From: Oceanibacterium hippocampi | Lineage (GTDB): Bacteria; Pseudomonadota; Alphaproteobacteria; Sneathiellales; Sneathiellaceae | Assembly: GCF_900172325.1 (NCBI RefSeq) | Contig: NZ_FWFR01000001.1 | Span: 1,301,773 to 1,333,772 of the forward strand | Direction: 5' to 3' | Length of the DNA: 32,000 nucleotides | In this document: positions 9,336-18,687 of the stretch, in pieces | How the letters are laid out: each line of letters starts with the position of its first letter | How positions within the stretch are numbered: position 1 is the stretch's first letter | Position numbers and translations under genes: made by a program | The notes under the pieces: model-generated | What the model was told of the DNA's origin: nothing | Database searches by the model: none | What the model saw: only the letters and a program-made list of their open reading frames with translations

Positions 9336-11167
9336 CCATCCGGCGCCTGCCGGAAGGGCTGGTCAACCGGATCGCCGCCGGCGAAGTGATCGAGAGACCG
9401 GCCTCGGCGGTCAAGGAACTGGTCGAGAACGCGATCGACGCCGGCGCCCGGCGGATCGGCGTGACCCTTCGCGACGGCGGCCGCAGCCTGATCGCGGTCG
9501 CCGACGACGGTACCGGCATGACCGCCGATGAAATGGAACTTGCGGTCGAACGCCACGCCACCTCCAAGCTGCCCGACGACGACCTCGTGCGCATCGCCCA
9601 TCTCGGCTTCCGTGGCGAGGCGCTGCCCTCGATCGGTTCGGTCAGCCGGCTCTCCATCACGTCCCGCACCGCCGACGCCGACAGCGGCTTCCGCCTCGAC
9701 ATCGCCGGCGGGGTCAAGCAGCCGGTCGCCCCCGCGGCGATGACCCGGGGCACAAGGGTCGAGGTGCGCGACCTGTTCTTCGCCACTCCGGCGCGGCTCA
9801 AGTTCCTCAAGAGCGAACGCGCCGAGCAGGCCCAGGCGCTCGCCGTGGTTCGCCGCCTGGCGCTCGCCTGCCCGGAGATCGGCTTCACCTTCGACGACGA
9901 CCGGCGCACGGTGCTCCGCCTCGAGCCGGAGAACGGCGAACTGTTCGAGGCCCGGCTCGGCCGCGTCTCGGCAATCCTCGGCCGGGATTTCCGCGACAAC
10001 GCGGTGCCGATCGACGCCGAACGCGAGGGCATCCGGCTGGCCGGCCATGCCGGGCTGCCGACGATGAACCGCGGCAACGCGGAAATGCAGTTCCTCTTCG
10101 TCAACGGCCGCCCGGTGCAGGACCGGCTGTTCACCGGCGCGATCCGCGCCGCCTACATGGACGTGCTGGCGCGCGACCGGCATCCGCTGCTGGCGCTCTT
10201 TCTCGAGATCCCGCCGGACATGGTCGACGTCAATGTTCATCCCGCCAAGTCCGAGGTCCGGTTCCGGGATTCCGGCATCGTGCGCGGGCTGATCATCGGC
10301 GCCGTCCGCCATGCTCTCGCGGAGGCCGGACACCGCGCCTCCTCGACGCTCACCGGTGCGGCGCTCGGCGCCTTCCAGGGCGGCGGCCGGCCGGCGCTGC
10401 CGCTCCGCGCCGCCTGGGGCGGCTATCGCCCGGGACCGGGTGCGTCGCCCGGCATGATGGAGGCGGCGGCCGATTACCAGGCGCCGCTCGCGGCCGGCGA
10501 GGGGCGCCTCGAAGGTACGCTCCGGCCCGAGGCCCCGGCAGCCCTCGCCGGGGGCGCGGCAATCGTACCCGAGACCGCCCCCGGAGATCATCCGCTCGGC
10601 GCCGCGCGGGCGCAGCTTCACGGGACCTACGTGATCGCCGAGACCGCCGACGGGATCGTCATCGTCGACCAGCATGCCGCCCACGAGCGGCTGGTGATGG
10701 AGAAGATGAAGGCGGCGCTCGGCGAGCGCGATGTGCCGCGCCAGATGCTGCTGCTGCCGGAGGTCGTGGAACTGGACGAGGCCTCGGTGCTGCGCCTTGC
10801 CGACAGGGCCGATGAGTTCGCCGAGCTCGGCCTCGTGCTGGAGCCCTTCGGGCCGGGCGCCATCGTCGTTCGCGAGACCCCGGCGCCGCTCGGCCAGTGC
10901 GACGTCAAGGGCCTGGCCCGCGATCTTGCCGATGAGCTGGCCGAGCTCGACCAGTCGGTGAGCCTGAAGGAACGGCTCGACGATGTCTGCGCGACCATGG
11001 CCTGCCACGGCTCGGTGCGCGCGGGGCGGCGCCTCAACCAGGCGGAGATGGATGCGCTCCTGCGCCAGATGGAGGTGACACCGCGCGCCGGCCAGTGCAA
11101 CCACGGCCGGCCGACGTACGTCGCGCTCAGCCTTGCCGATATCGAGAGGCTGTTCGGCCGACGCTGA
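9332..11167 (+). CDS. mutL: DNA mismatch repair endonuclease MutL
   Basis: The N-terminal GHKL ATPase region reads [33 protein letters not shown]...DDGTGM. The C-terminal endonuclease motifs are [23 protein letters not shown] and CNHGRPT. The GTG start overlaps the pgi stop (GTGA). Confidence 0.95.
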   Translation: MTIRRLPEGLVNRIAAGEVIERPASAVKELVENAIDAGARRIGVTLRDGGRSLIAVADDGTGMTADEMELAVERHATSKLPDDDLVRIAHLGFRGEALPSIGSVSRLSITSRTADADSGFRLDIAGGVKQPVAPAAMTRGTRVEVRDLFFATPARLKFLKSERAEQAQALAVVRRLALACPEIGFTFDDDRRTVLRLEPENGELFEARLGRVSAILGRDFRDNAVPIDAEREGIRLAGHAGLPTMNRGNAEMQFLFVNGRPVQDRLFTGAIRAAYMDVLARDRHPLLALFLEIPPDMVDVNVHPAKSEVRFRDSGIVRGLIIGAVRHALAEAGHRASSTLTGAALGAFQGGGRPALPLRAAWGGYRPGPGASPGMMEAAADYQAPLAAGEGRLEGTLRPEAPAALAGGAAIVPETAPGDHPLGAARAQLHGTYVIAETADGIVIVDQHAAHERLVMEKMKAALGERDVPRQMLLLPEVVELDEASVLRLADRADEFAELGLVLEPFGPGAIVVRETPAPLGQCDVKGLARDLADELAELDQSVSLKERLDDVCATMACHGSVRAGRRLNQAEMDALLRQMEVTPRAGQCNHGRPTYVALSLADIERLFGRR

Positions 11168-11453
11168 ACGGGTCCGCTTCAAATTCCGGGCTCGGCCCCG
11201 TAGGATCGTGAACGATGTGTGTACCTGAATCCATGATCGCTTCTCCACATGTCCCGCCCGCCGGTCAGGATCGCAAGCATGTTCAGGATGTCAGCCCCGG
11301 GTTGTCGATGACGTTGCAGGCGTCGGCCGACGCCTCGCGCCCGTCGCATGCCCACAATGGAGAGGCGCCGCCAACGCCCCCTTCACGGCACGCCGACAGC
11401 GTCTTGCCGCCGTTCTCCCGCTGGCCCAGGCAGTCTTCCTCCGGGCCGCTCTG

Positions 11454-13289
11454 ATGACCGAGGGAATCGCGCTTGTCGTGCTTATCGGGGCGGGCCTGGT
11501 CGTCATATCCGCCTTCACCAGCCTCATCGCCTTCCGGGTCGGCACGCCACTGCTTCTGATCTTTCTCGGGGTGGGCCTGCTTGCCGGCGAGGACGGGCCC
11601 GGCGGCATCCGGTTCGAGGACGCCGGCAGTGCGTATTTCATCGGCAGCGTGGCACTGGCGGTCATCCTGTTCGACAGCGGGATCACCACGCCCCGGCGGA
11701 TGCTCCGCGTCGCCGCGGGGCCGGCGACCGTCCTTGCCACGGTCGGCGTGCTACTGACGGCCGTGGTCCTCGCGGTCCCCATCCATTTCCTTCTGGACCT
11801 TCCGTGGCTCGAGGCGCTTCTCCTCGGGGCGATCGTGGGATCGACGGACGCAGCGGCCGTCTTTTTCCTCCTGCGCGTCGGCGGCATCCAGATCCGCGAG
11901 CGCGTGCGCGCGACGCTCGAAGTGGAATCCGCGTCGAACGATCCGATGGCGATCTTTCTGACCGTGCTGCTGGTCGAGACGATCGCCGCCGGCACGACGA
12001 CGGCACAGGACATCTCCTGGAACTTCCTGAGCACGTTGTCGGTCCAGTTCGGGCTTGGCGCTCTGTGCGGCGTCGTGTTCGGCTACCTGATAGTGCAGGG
12101 CCTGAACCGCGTCCGGCTGGAAACCGGGCTCTTCCCCATCGTCATCGTCGGGCTGGCGCTCTGCGTCTTCTCGATCACGTCACTTCTCGGCGGGAGCGGG
12201 TTTCTCGCCGCCTATATCGCCGGGCTGGTGATGGGCAACATGGAACTCAAGGGCGGCCTGGCGTTTCGCCGTTTTCAGGAAGGCCTGACCTGGCTTGCCC
12301 AGATCACCATGTTCCTCGTGCTCGGCCTGCTGGCGGCACCGTCCGAGTTCCCGGCGATCGCCTGGCAGTCGGTGGTGATCGGTCTCGCGCTGATGCTGGT
12401 GGCGCGGCCGATCGCGATATGGCTCTGCCTCATGCCGTTCGGCTTTCACCGCAACGAGGCCACCTTCATCGCCTGGGTCGGGCTCCGCGGAGCCGTCTCG
12501 ATACTCCTCGCGATCCTCCCGCTCGTCGCCGGCTTCGGGTCGGGTCACACCCTCTTCAATGCCGCGTTCATCATCGTCCTGACATCGTTGCTGGTGCAGG
12601 GCTGGACACTCCGGCCGGTGGCCAAATGGCTGGGCGTCGTCGTTCCGCCCAAGACCGGGGCGGTCGACAAGATCGAGCTGGAACTGCCCGGCACCGCACG
12701 GCACGAACTGGTTGTCTACCGGATCGTTGCCGACAGTCCCGTCGTCCTCGGTGAACGGATCCCGCGATGGGCGCGCCCGTCGCTGATCGTCCGCGACGGA
12801 CGGTCGATGCGCGTGCACGAGGCCGGCCGGCTGCAGCCCGGTGACAGTGTCTATATCTTCGCTCCGCCAAGGCTGACCGGTCTCCTTGACCGGCTGTTTG
12901 CCAGCAAGATCGAGCTGTCCGAAAGCGACCTGGATTACTTCGGCGAGTTCGAGATCGACGCCACGCAGTCTATCGGCAACCTGGCCGACGCATACGGCTT
13001 CGAGATCGTGCCGGACGAACGCGAGGTTTCGGTCGGGGATTTCCTCAGGAAACGCCTCGGAAACCCCATGGGGCGCGGCGACCGGCTGGTGGTCGGTCCC
13101 GTGGAACTGATCGTCCGCGATATCGATATCGACAATGATCGCATGTCGATCGGTCTTGCCGTCGAGCCGACCACGGCCTCCACGCCTCGCCTTCCGCTCT
13201 TCCAGAGTTTCCAGGAAATCTCCGTCGCGCTGCGGGCGTGGCTGAAACGTCGGTCATTCGGATCGACGGACAAGGAAACGAACGACTGA
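11454..13289 (+). CDS. K+/H+ antiporter, CPA1 NhaP2/CvrA type with C-terminal TrkA-C-like domain
   Basis: 611 aa with about 12-13 TM segments. The N-terminal pattern LLLIFLGVGLLAGEDGPGGIRF...ALAVILFDSGITT is typical of NhaP2/CvrA. A soluble C-terminal domain follows. Confidence 0.85.
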   Translation: MTEGIALVVLIGAGLVVISAFTSLIAFRVGTPLLLIFLGVGLLAGEDGPGGIRFEDAGSAYFIGSVALAVILFDSGITTPRRMLRVAAGPATVLATVGVLLTAVVLAVPIHFLLDLPWLEALLLGAIVGSTDAAAVFFLLRVGGIQIRERVRATLEVESASNDPMAIFLTVLLVETIAAGTTTAQDISWNFLSTLSVQFGLGALCGVVFGYLIVQGLNRVRLETGLFPIVIVGLALCVFSITSLLGGSGFLAAYIAGLVMGNMELKGGLAFRRFQEGLTWLAQITMFLVLGLLAAPSEFPAIAWQSVVIGLALMLVARPIAIWLCLMPFGFHRNEATFIAWVGLRGAVSILLAILPLVAGFGSGHTLFNAAFIIVLTSLLVQGWTLRPVAKWLGVVVPPKTGAVDKIELELPGTARHELVVYRIVADSPVVLGERIPRWARPSLIVRDGRSMRVHEAGRLQPGDSVYIFAPPRLTGLLDRLFASKIELSESDLDYFGEFEIDATQSIGNLADAYGFEIVPDEREVSVGDFLRKRLGNPMGRGDRLVVGPVELIVRDIDIDNDRMSIGLAVEPTTASTPRLPLFQSFQEISVALRAWLKRRSFGSTDKETND

Positions 13290-13417
13290 GCGACGGTCTA
13301 TCGGCTGCCGGGAATGGCGTCTTGGCGTCGGTGGTCACGACCCGCCCGAGGCCGGTCAGCCCGCACCGAAGCCGCCGATCCTGCCCCTGGCCATCATGGT
13401 CCCGCGCATCGGCGCGA

Positions 13418-13439
13418 CAGGTGGCGTGGCCGCCACCTG
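13418..13439. terminator. GC-rich hairpin between the convergent antiporter and phoH genes
   Basis: CAGGTGGCG-tggc-CGCCACCTG forms a 9-bp stem. There is no U tract on either strand, so a terminator function is uncertain. Confidence 0.3.
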
Positions 13440-13470
13440 CCGCGCGATCTCCGGCGCCGGCCGGCGTCGT

Positions 13471-14202
13471 TCAGAGAACGCCGAGCATCTCGCCGACCAG
13501 CGGGTGGCGGACAACGTCGACATCCTTCAGCCGGACCACCGAGACATTGTCGAGCGGCTCGAGCCGGTTGGCGATGTCGGACAGGCCGGACAGCCCGTCG
13601 AGCAGGTCGGACTGGTCCGGATCGCCGGTCACCACCATGGTCGAGTTCCAGCCGAGCCGGGTCAGCAGCATCTTGAGCTGGCCGTAGGTGCAGTTCTGCG
13701 CCTCGTCGATGACGATATAGGCATTGTTGAGGGTGCGGCCGCGCATGAAGGCGACCGGGGCCAGTTCGATCGACCCGTCGGTCAGCATGGCCTTGAGCTG
13801 CTTGCCGCCGATCCGGTCGCTGAGCGCGTCATAGAGCGGCCGCAGGTAGGGCATCAGCTTCTCTTCCATGTCACCGGGAAGAAAGCCCAGGTTCTCGCCG
13901 GCCTCGACCGCCGGGCGTGACAGGATCAGGCGGTCGATCCGGCCCGCCTGCAGGGCCTCGACCGCCTTGGCGACGGCGAGGTAGGTCTTGCCGGTGCCGG
14001 CCGGGCCGAGCGCCAGCACGAGATTGCTGCGGTCGAGCGCTTCCAGCAGGGTTGCCTGACCGGCGCTGCGCGGTTTGAGCGTCCGGAGATAACGCTGGTC
14101 GCGGCGCTCGTCATCGAGCGGCGACCAGGAATGGCCCTCCGGGTAAAGAGAATGGACATTGCCTTCGACACCGTCCCTACGGCGCGGTGAACGCTTGGCC
14201 AT
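13471..14202 (-). CDS. phoH: PhoH-family ATPase (short form, ATPase core only)
   Basis: Walker A is GPAGTGKTYLAVAKAVEAL. It also carries LSRPAVEAGENLGFLPGDMEEKLMPYLRPLYDAL and VIDEAQN (Walker B). GGAG at 14209-14212 lies 6 nt upstream of the ATG. Confidence 0.9.
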   Translation of the reverse strand: MAKRSPRRRDGVEGNVHSLYPEGHSWSPLDDERRDQRYLRTLKPRSAGQATLLEALDRSNLVLALGPAGTGKTYLAVAKAVEALQAGRIDRLILSRPAVEAGENLGFLPGDMEEKLMPYLRPLYDALSDRIGGKQLKAMLTDGSIELAPVAFMRGRTLNNAYIVIDEAQNCTYGQLKMLLTRLGWNSTMVVTGDPDQSDLLDGLSGLSDIANRLEPLDNVSVVRLKDVDVVRHPLVGEMLGVL

Positions 14203-14231
14203 GCGCGGCTCCTGTCATTGTGGATACAGAC

Positions 14232-14262
14232 AAAAAAAGCCGCGCGCGGATGCGGCGGCTTT
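14232..14262 (-). terminator. Rho-independent terminator (minus strand)
   Basis: The minus-strand RNA reads AAAGCCGC-CGC-AUCC-GCG-c-GCGGCUUUUUUUG. That gives 8 G:C pairs plus A:U extension, followed by a run of seven U. On the plus strand the stem is followed by only three T's (then CGA), so it is directional. Confidence 0.6.
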
Positions 14263-14476
14263 CGAGGGGGAGGGGCAGGTCGAACCTGCGGCAGCGAGCG
14301 ACCCGACGAACGGGGTCTTTCGGGAAGGCCTGCAACTGCACTGCTGCCATTACACTCCGCCTCTCGTCGTCTCGCGCCGCAGTGCGGCAGAGACGAACCA
14401 AGGCTAGCGCGATGGCGATTCCGCGCCTAGCACTATTTTGTGCCGTCGCGAAAGTTTCACACTAGAACTTGTGAGG
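14263..14476 (-). other. Structured non-coding spacer: candidate cis-leader of phoH, a small RNA, or a long 3'UTR of rluB-rsmD
   Basis: No credible ORF is present. Several strong hairpins occur: 14403-14431 (9 bp), 14368-14395 (CGUCUC..GCCG-loop-CGGC..GAGACG) and 14275-14289 (GCAGG-UUCGA-CCUGC). A C/U-rich tract CCCCUCCCCCUC at 14264-14275 lies immediately 5' of the terminator. Strand assignment rests on the terminator orientation only. Confidence 0.35.
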
Positions 14477-15055
14477 CTAGGCCGTCGCGGCGCCGCGATA
14501 TCGCAACAGGTGCAGGCGTCCGCGGCCATAGGCGCGGCTCTCGATCGGCGAGAAATCCGCGATCTCGTCGAGCGCTTCGTCCTTCGCCGTCTCGACGACG
14601 GCAAGCGCGCCGGCAGCGAGCCAGTTGCCGGCGGCGAGCGCCGCCAGCGCCGGGCTGCTCAGGCCCTGTCCGTAGGGCGCGTCCATCAGCACGAGGTCGT
14701 GGGCGCGGCTCGCCGCACCGGGCTTTCGGGCGTCGCGCTGCAGGATCGCCGTCTCGCAACCCTCAAGGCCGGCCAGGTTGCGCCGGATCAGGGCGAGCGC
14801 GGTGCGGTCGTTCTCGATGAAAGTGACGCTCGCGGCGCCGCGCGACAGCGCCTCGATGCCAAGCGCGCCCGAGCCGGCGAAGACGTCGAGCACGGCGGCA
14901 TCGGCGGGCAGCGGGCCGGACGGCCCCCGGAGCGCCCGGTTGTGGGCGAGAATGTTGAACAGCGCCTCGCGGGTCCGTTCGCCGGTCGGGCGGATGTCTA
15001 GGCCTTCCGGCGTGTCGAGCTTTCGGCCGCGATAACGGCCACCGACTATGCGCAT
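14477..15055 (-). CDS. rsmD: 16S rRNA (guanine966-N2)-methyltransferase
   Basis: MRIVGGRYRGRKLDTPEGLDIRPTGERTREALFNIL is the canonical RsmD N-terminus. The SAM motif is DVFAGSGALGIEALSRGA, and DAPY is present. The ATG at 15055 has GGTGAGG 8 nt upstream. The ORF-track GTG at 15100 would overlap rluB by 35 nt. Confidence 0.9.
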   Translation of the reverse strand: MRIVGGRYRGRKLDTPEGLDIRPTGERTREALFNILAHNRALRGPSGPLPADAAVLDVFAGSGALGIEALSRGAASVTFIENDRTALALIRRNLAGLEGCETAILQRDARKPGAASRAHDLVLMDAPYGQGLSSPALAALAAGNWLAAGALAVVETAKDEALDEIADFSPIESRAYGRGRLHLLRYRGAATA

Positions 15056-15065
15056 GGGTGCGGCC

Positions 15066-16058
15066 TCACCGTCCCGGCCGCTTCGGCTTGGCCGGGCCAC
15101 CCCTAGCGCCGCCCGTCGCGCCGCCGGCCGACCCCGTGGGGCGGACCGACAGGCGGCCGGTCGGCCGGGCCGCGGGCTTGCCGCGCTTGGCCGCCCAGGG
15201 CTTGTCGTCCATCGGGATGTCGTCGGCGGCCGCTTCCGGTTTGCGCCGCGGCCCCTTGTGCGGCGGCTTGCCCTTGTGCGGACGCCTCGCTTTCGGTTCT
15301 TCCCGGTGTTTCGCCTCGTTCGGCGAGCCGAGCCCGAGCTGGTCGCGAACGATCCGCCGCGGCACTTCCTCGACCAGGCCGGTCTCGAGGTCGCCGAGCT
15401 GGAAGGGTCCGTAGGAAATCCGGATCAGGCGCGCCACATGCAGGCCGAGATGCTGCATCACCTTGCGGATCTCGCGGTTCTTGCCCTCTCGGATCGTCAC
15501 GCTCAGCCAGGCGTTGCTGCCCTGCTGGCGTTCCAGTGTCGCCTGGATGCCGCCGTAGCGGACGCCGTCGACGGTGACCCCCTTCTCGAGCGCCTTGAGC
15601 GCCGCCTCGTCCGGCATGCCATGCACCCGGACCCGATAGCGCCGGGCCCAGCCGGTCGCCGGCAGTTCCATCCGGCGGGCGAGCTCGCCATCGTTGGTGA
15701 GCAGCAGCAGGCCCTCCGACGTCAGGTCGAGGCGGCCGACGCTGATCACCCGCGGCATGTTGTCCGGCAGCTTCTCGAAGACCGTCGGCCGGCCCTGCGG
15801 GTCGCGGTTCGAGGTCACGAGTCCGTCCGGCTTGTGATAGCGCCAGATGCGCGGCGGTTCCGGCTCGGCGAGAGCCTGGCCGTCGATCGTAACCTTTGCC
15901 GACGGCCCGACATTGAGTGCCGGGCTGGCGATCACCTTGCCGTCGACCGAGACCCGGCCGTCGGCGATGAGCAGCTCGGCCTCGCGCCGCGAACAATGGC
16001 CGGCGCGGGCGATGCGCTTGGCGATGCGCTCGCCCTCCGGCGACGTTTCCTTGGTCAT
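15066..16058 (-). CDS. rluB: Pseudouridine synthase, RsuA/RluB family, with a long basic C-terminal tail
   Basis: The S4 domain reads RIAKRIARAGHCSRREAELLIADGRVSVDG. The catalytic motif is GRLDLTSEGLLLLTNDGEL, and REIRKV is present. The last roughly 85 aa are a Lys/Arg/Pro/Gly-rich low-complexity region. Confidence 0.9.
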   Translation of the reverse strand: MTKETSPEGERIAKRIARAGHCSRREAELLIADGRVSVDGKVIASPALNVGPSAKVTIDGQALAEPEPPRIWRYHKPDGLVTSNRDPQGRPTVFEKLPDNMPRVISVGRLDLTSEGLLLLTNDGELARRMELPATGWARRYRVRVHGMPDEAALKALEKGVTVDGVRYGGIQATLERQQGSNAWLSVTIREGKNREIRKVMQHLGLHVARLIRISYGPFQLGDLETGLVEEVPRRIVRDQLGLGSPNEAKHREEPKARRPHKGKPPHKGPRRKPEAAADDIPMDDKPWAAKRGKPAARPTGRLSVRPTGSAGGATGGARGGPAKPKRPGR

Positions 16059-16062
16059 GGGA

Positions 16063-16776
16063 TCAGGTCCTGGCGGCGGCGATCAGCGCGTCGAAGATCC
16101 GGCGATCGCCGTCGGATATGTGATACTCGGGATGCCACTGGACGCCGAGGCAGAAGCGGTAGCGGCGATCCTCGATGCCCTCGATCACGCCGTCGTCGGC
16201 GCGGGCATTGATGGTGACGTCGGGTCCGGCGGCTTTCGCCGCCTGGTGGTGGGCGCTGTTGACCGGCAGCCGGTCGGCGCCGACGATCTCGTGCAGCAGG
16301 GTGCCCGGCACCACCGAGACGTCGTGGCCCGGCTCGGTGCGCGGATTGGGCTGTTCGTGGGCGAGGCCGTCGGCGATCTCGTCGGGAATATGCTGGATCA
16401 GGGTGCCGCCGAGAATCACGTTGAGAAGCTGCTGGCCGCCACAGATTCCGAGCACCGGCTTGTCGGCGGCGAGGCAGGCCTCGGCGACCGCCCATTCGAA
16501 GCGCGTGCGGCGGTCCTTGGTCACGACCGTCGAATGACGCTCGTTGTCGCCGAACAATGCCGGGTCGACGTCGAAGGCGCCGCCGGTGATGATCAGGCCA
16601 TCGATCAGCTCGCCATAGGCGGCGGCCGCGTCCGGCTCGTGCGGCAGTGCCAGCGGCAGGCCGCCGGCGCTGCTGACGACGTCGCAATAATTCTGGCGGA
16701 CCGCGTACCAGGGCAGATTCGAATATCCCCCGGCGCTTTCCGAATCGAGCGTGATGCCGATGACTGGGCGTTTCAT
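16063..16776 (-). CDS. Class I glutamine amidotransferase-like hydrolase, peptidase C26 (gamma-glutamyl-GABA hydrolase family)
   Basis: It has the nucleophile elbow GICGGQQLLN, plus NSAHHQA and GVQWHPEY (His/Glu of the triad). Confidence 0.85.
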   Translation of the reverse strand: MKRPVIGITLDSESAGGYSNLPWYAVRQNYCDVVSSAGGLPLALPHEPDAAAAYGELIDGLIITGGAFDVDPALFGDNERHSTVVTKDRRTRFEWAVAEACLAADKPVLGICGGQQLLNVILGGTLIQHIPDEIADGLAHEQPNPRTEPGHDVSVVPGTLLHEIVGADRLPVNSAHHQAAKAAGPDVTINARADDGVIEGIEDRRYRFCLGVQWHPEYHISDGDRRIFDALIAAART

Positions 16777-16885
16777 GGGCGCAATCTAGGGCCAGCCCGT
16801 GTCGAGAGCAACCGGCCGCCGCACGGCGAGCAGCTTTCCGTCGCCCGCGCTTGACGACCGACCGCCCGCGCCGCACTGTCTGGCC

Positions 16886-17344
16886 ATGGATTTCACTGTG
16901 CCGGACTACATGCAGGAGGCCTTCGCGGCCGCCGAGATGGCCGGGCGCCGCGGCGAGGTGCCGATCGGCGCCGTCGTCGTGCACAGCGGCCTCCAGCGCA
17001 TCGTCGGCCGCGCCGGCAATGAGGTCGAGGATCGTGGCGACGCCACCGCGCATGCGGAAATGCTGGCGATTCGCGGCGCCTCGCGGATGCTGGGCCAGAA
17101 ATTCCTCAGCGAATGCGACCTCTACGTGACGCTCGAGCCCTGCCCGATGTGCGCCCAGGCGATCGCCTTCGCGCGCATCCGCCGGCTCTATTTCGCGGCC
17201 TTCGATCCGAAGGGCGGCGGCGTCGAGAACGGCCCCCGCATCTTCGAGCAGCCGACCTGCCACCACCGGCTGGAATGTTATGGCGGCATCCAGGAAATGC
17301 GCAGCGCTGAACTGCTGCGCGACTTTTTCGCGGCCAGGCGTTAG
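16886..17344 (+). CDS. tadA: tRNA adenosine(34) deaminase
   Basis: CDA zinc motifs HAEMLAIR and LYVTLEPCPMCAQAI are present. I prefer the ATG at 16886 (152 aa, typical TadA size) over the GTG at 16799. Confidence 0.9.
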   Translation: MDFTVPDYMQEAFAAAEMAGRRGEVPIGAVVVHSGLQRIVGRAGNEVEDRGDATAHAEMLAIRGASRMLGQKFLSECDLYVTLEPCPMCAQAIAFARIRRLYFAAFDPKGGGVENGPRIFEQPTCHHRLECYGGIQEMRSAELLRDFFAARR

Positions 17345-17398
17345 AAACGCCCGTGTCAACAATGTGAATAAGAGCCAGGGAACGAGGAACGAAAGAAC

Positions 17399-18601
<1,203 letters not shown>

Positions 18602-18607
18602 CCGATC

Positions 18608-18636
18608 GCGGCCGGGTGGGTCTCCCGCCCGGCCGC
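18608..18636 (+). terminator. Hairpin after the acyl-CoA dehydrogenase gene
   Basis: GCGGCCGGG-tgggtctcccg-CCCGGCCGC forms a 9-bp stem. It is followed by gacccTTTcc, a weak U tract. Confidence 0.3.
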
Positions 18637-18687
18637 GACCCTTTCCGCAGTCCGATCCGCCGCGATCTCAGCCAAGGTCGAGAAGTC

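Noticed and set aside
11215-11454. A 79-aa ORF fills the mutL-antiporter gap, and its stop overlaps the antiporter ATG.
   Set aside because: It has no RBS. The first half has atypical (A/T-ending) codons. The product is a Pro/Ser-rich hydrophilic string without motifs. It is probably a chance ORF in a regulatory region.
14275-14289. The minus-strand hairpin GCAGG-UUCGA-CCUGC looked like a tRNA/tmRNA T-arm. This suggested a (two-piece, alphaproteobacterial) tmRNA or a tRNA-like element in the rsmD-phoH spacer.
   Set aside because: The loop is 5 nt, not the 7-nt T-loop. There is no acceptor-stem partner for the following CCCUCCC and no CCA. No frame encodes an A-N-D-N...AA-type tag peptide on either strand, and the element order does not fit a permuted ssrA.
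14311-14340. The plus-strand segment GGGGUCU-UUCG-GGAAGGCCUGCAAC is faintly reminiscent of the SRP (4.5S) RNA domain IV.
   Set aside because: It lacks the conserved symmetric-loop sequence (A-G-C-A / G-G-A-A context) and the GNRA tetraloop. The flanks do not form the long closing helix of 4.5S RNA.
14177-14350. A 57-codon upstream ORF on the minus strand (ATG 14350, GGAG 4 nt upstream) runs through the terminator hairpin and ends inside phoH. It could be a leader peptide.
   Set aside because: The peptide is Arg-rich junk (RRVARCRRF...RRIRARLFL). Third-position GC is lower than in real genes here, and the SD spacing is too short. It is more likely non-coding RNA. The possibility remains covered by the experiments proposed for the spacer.
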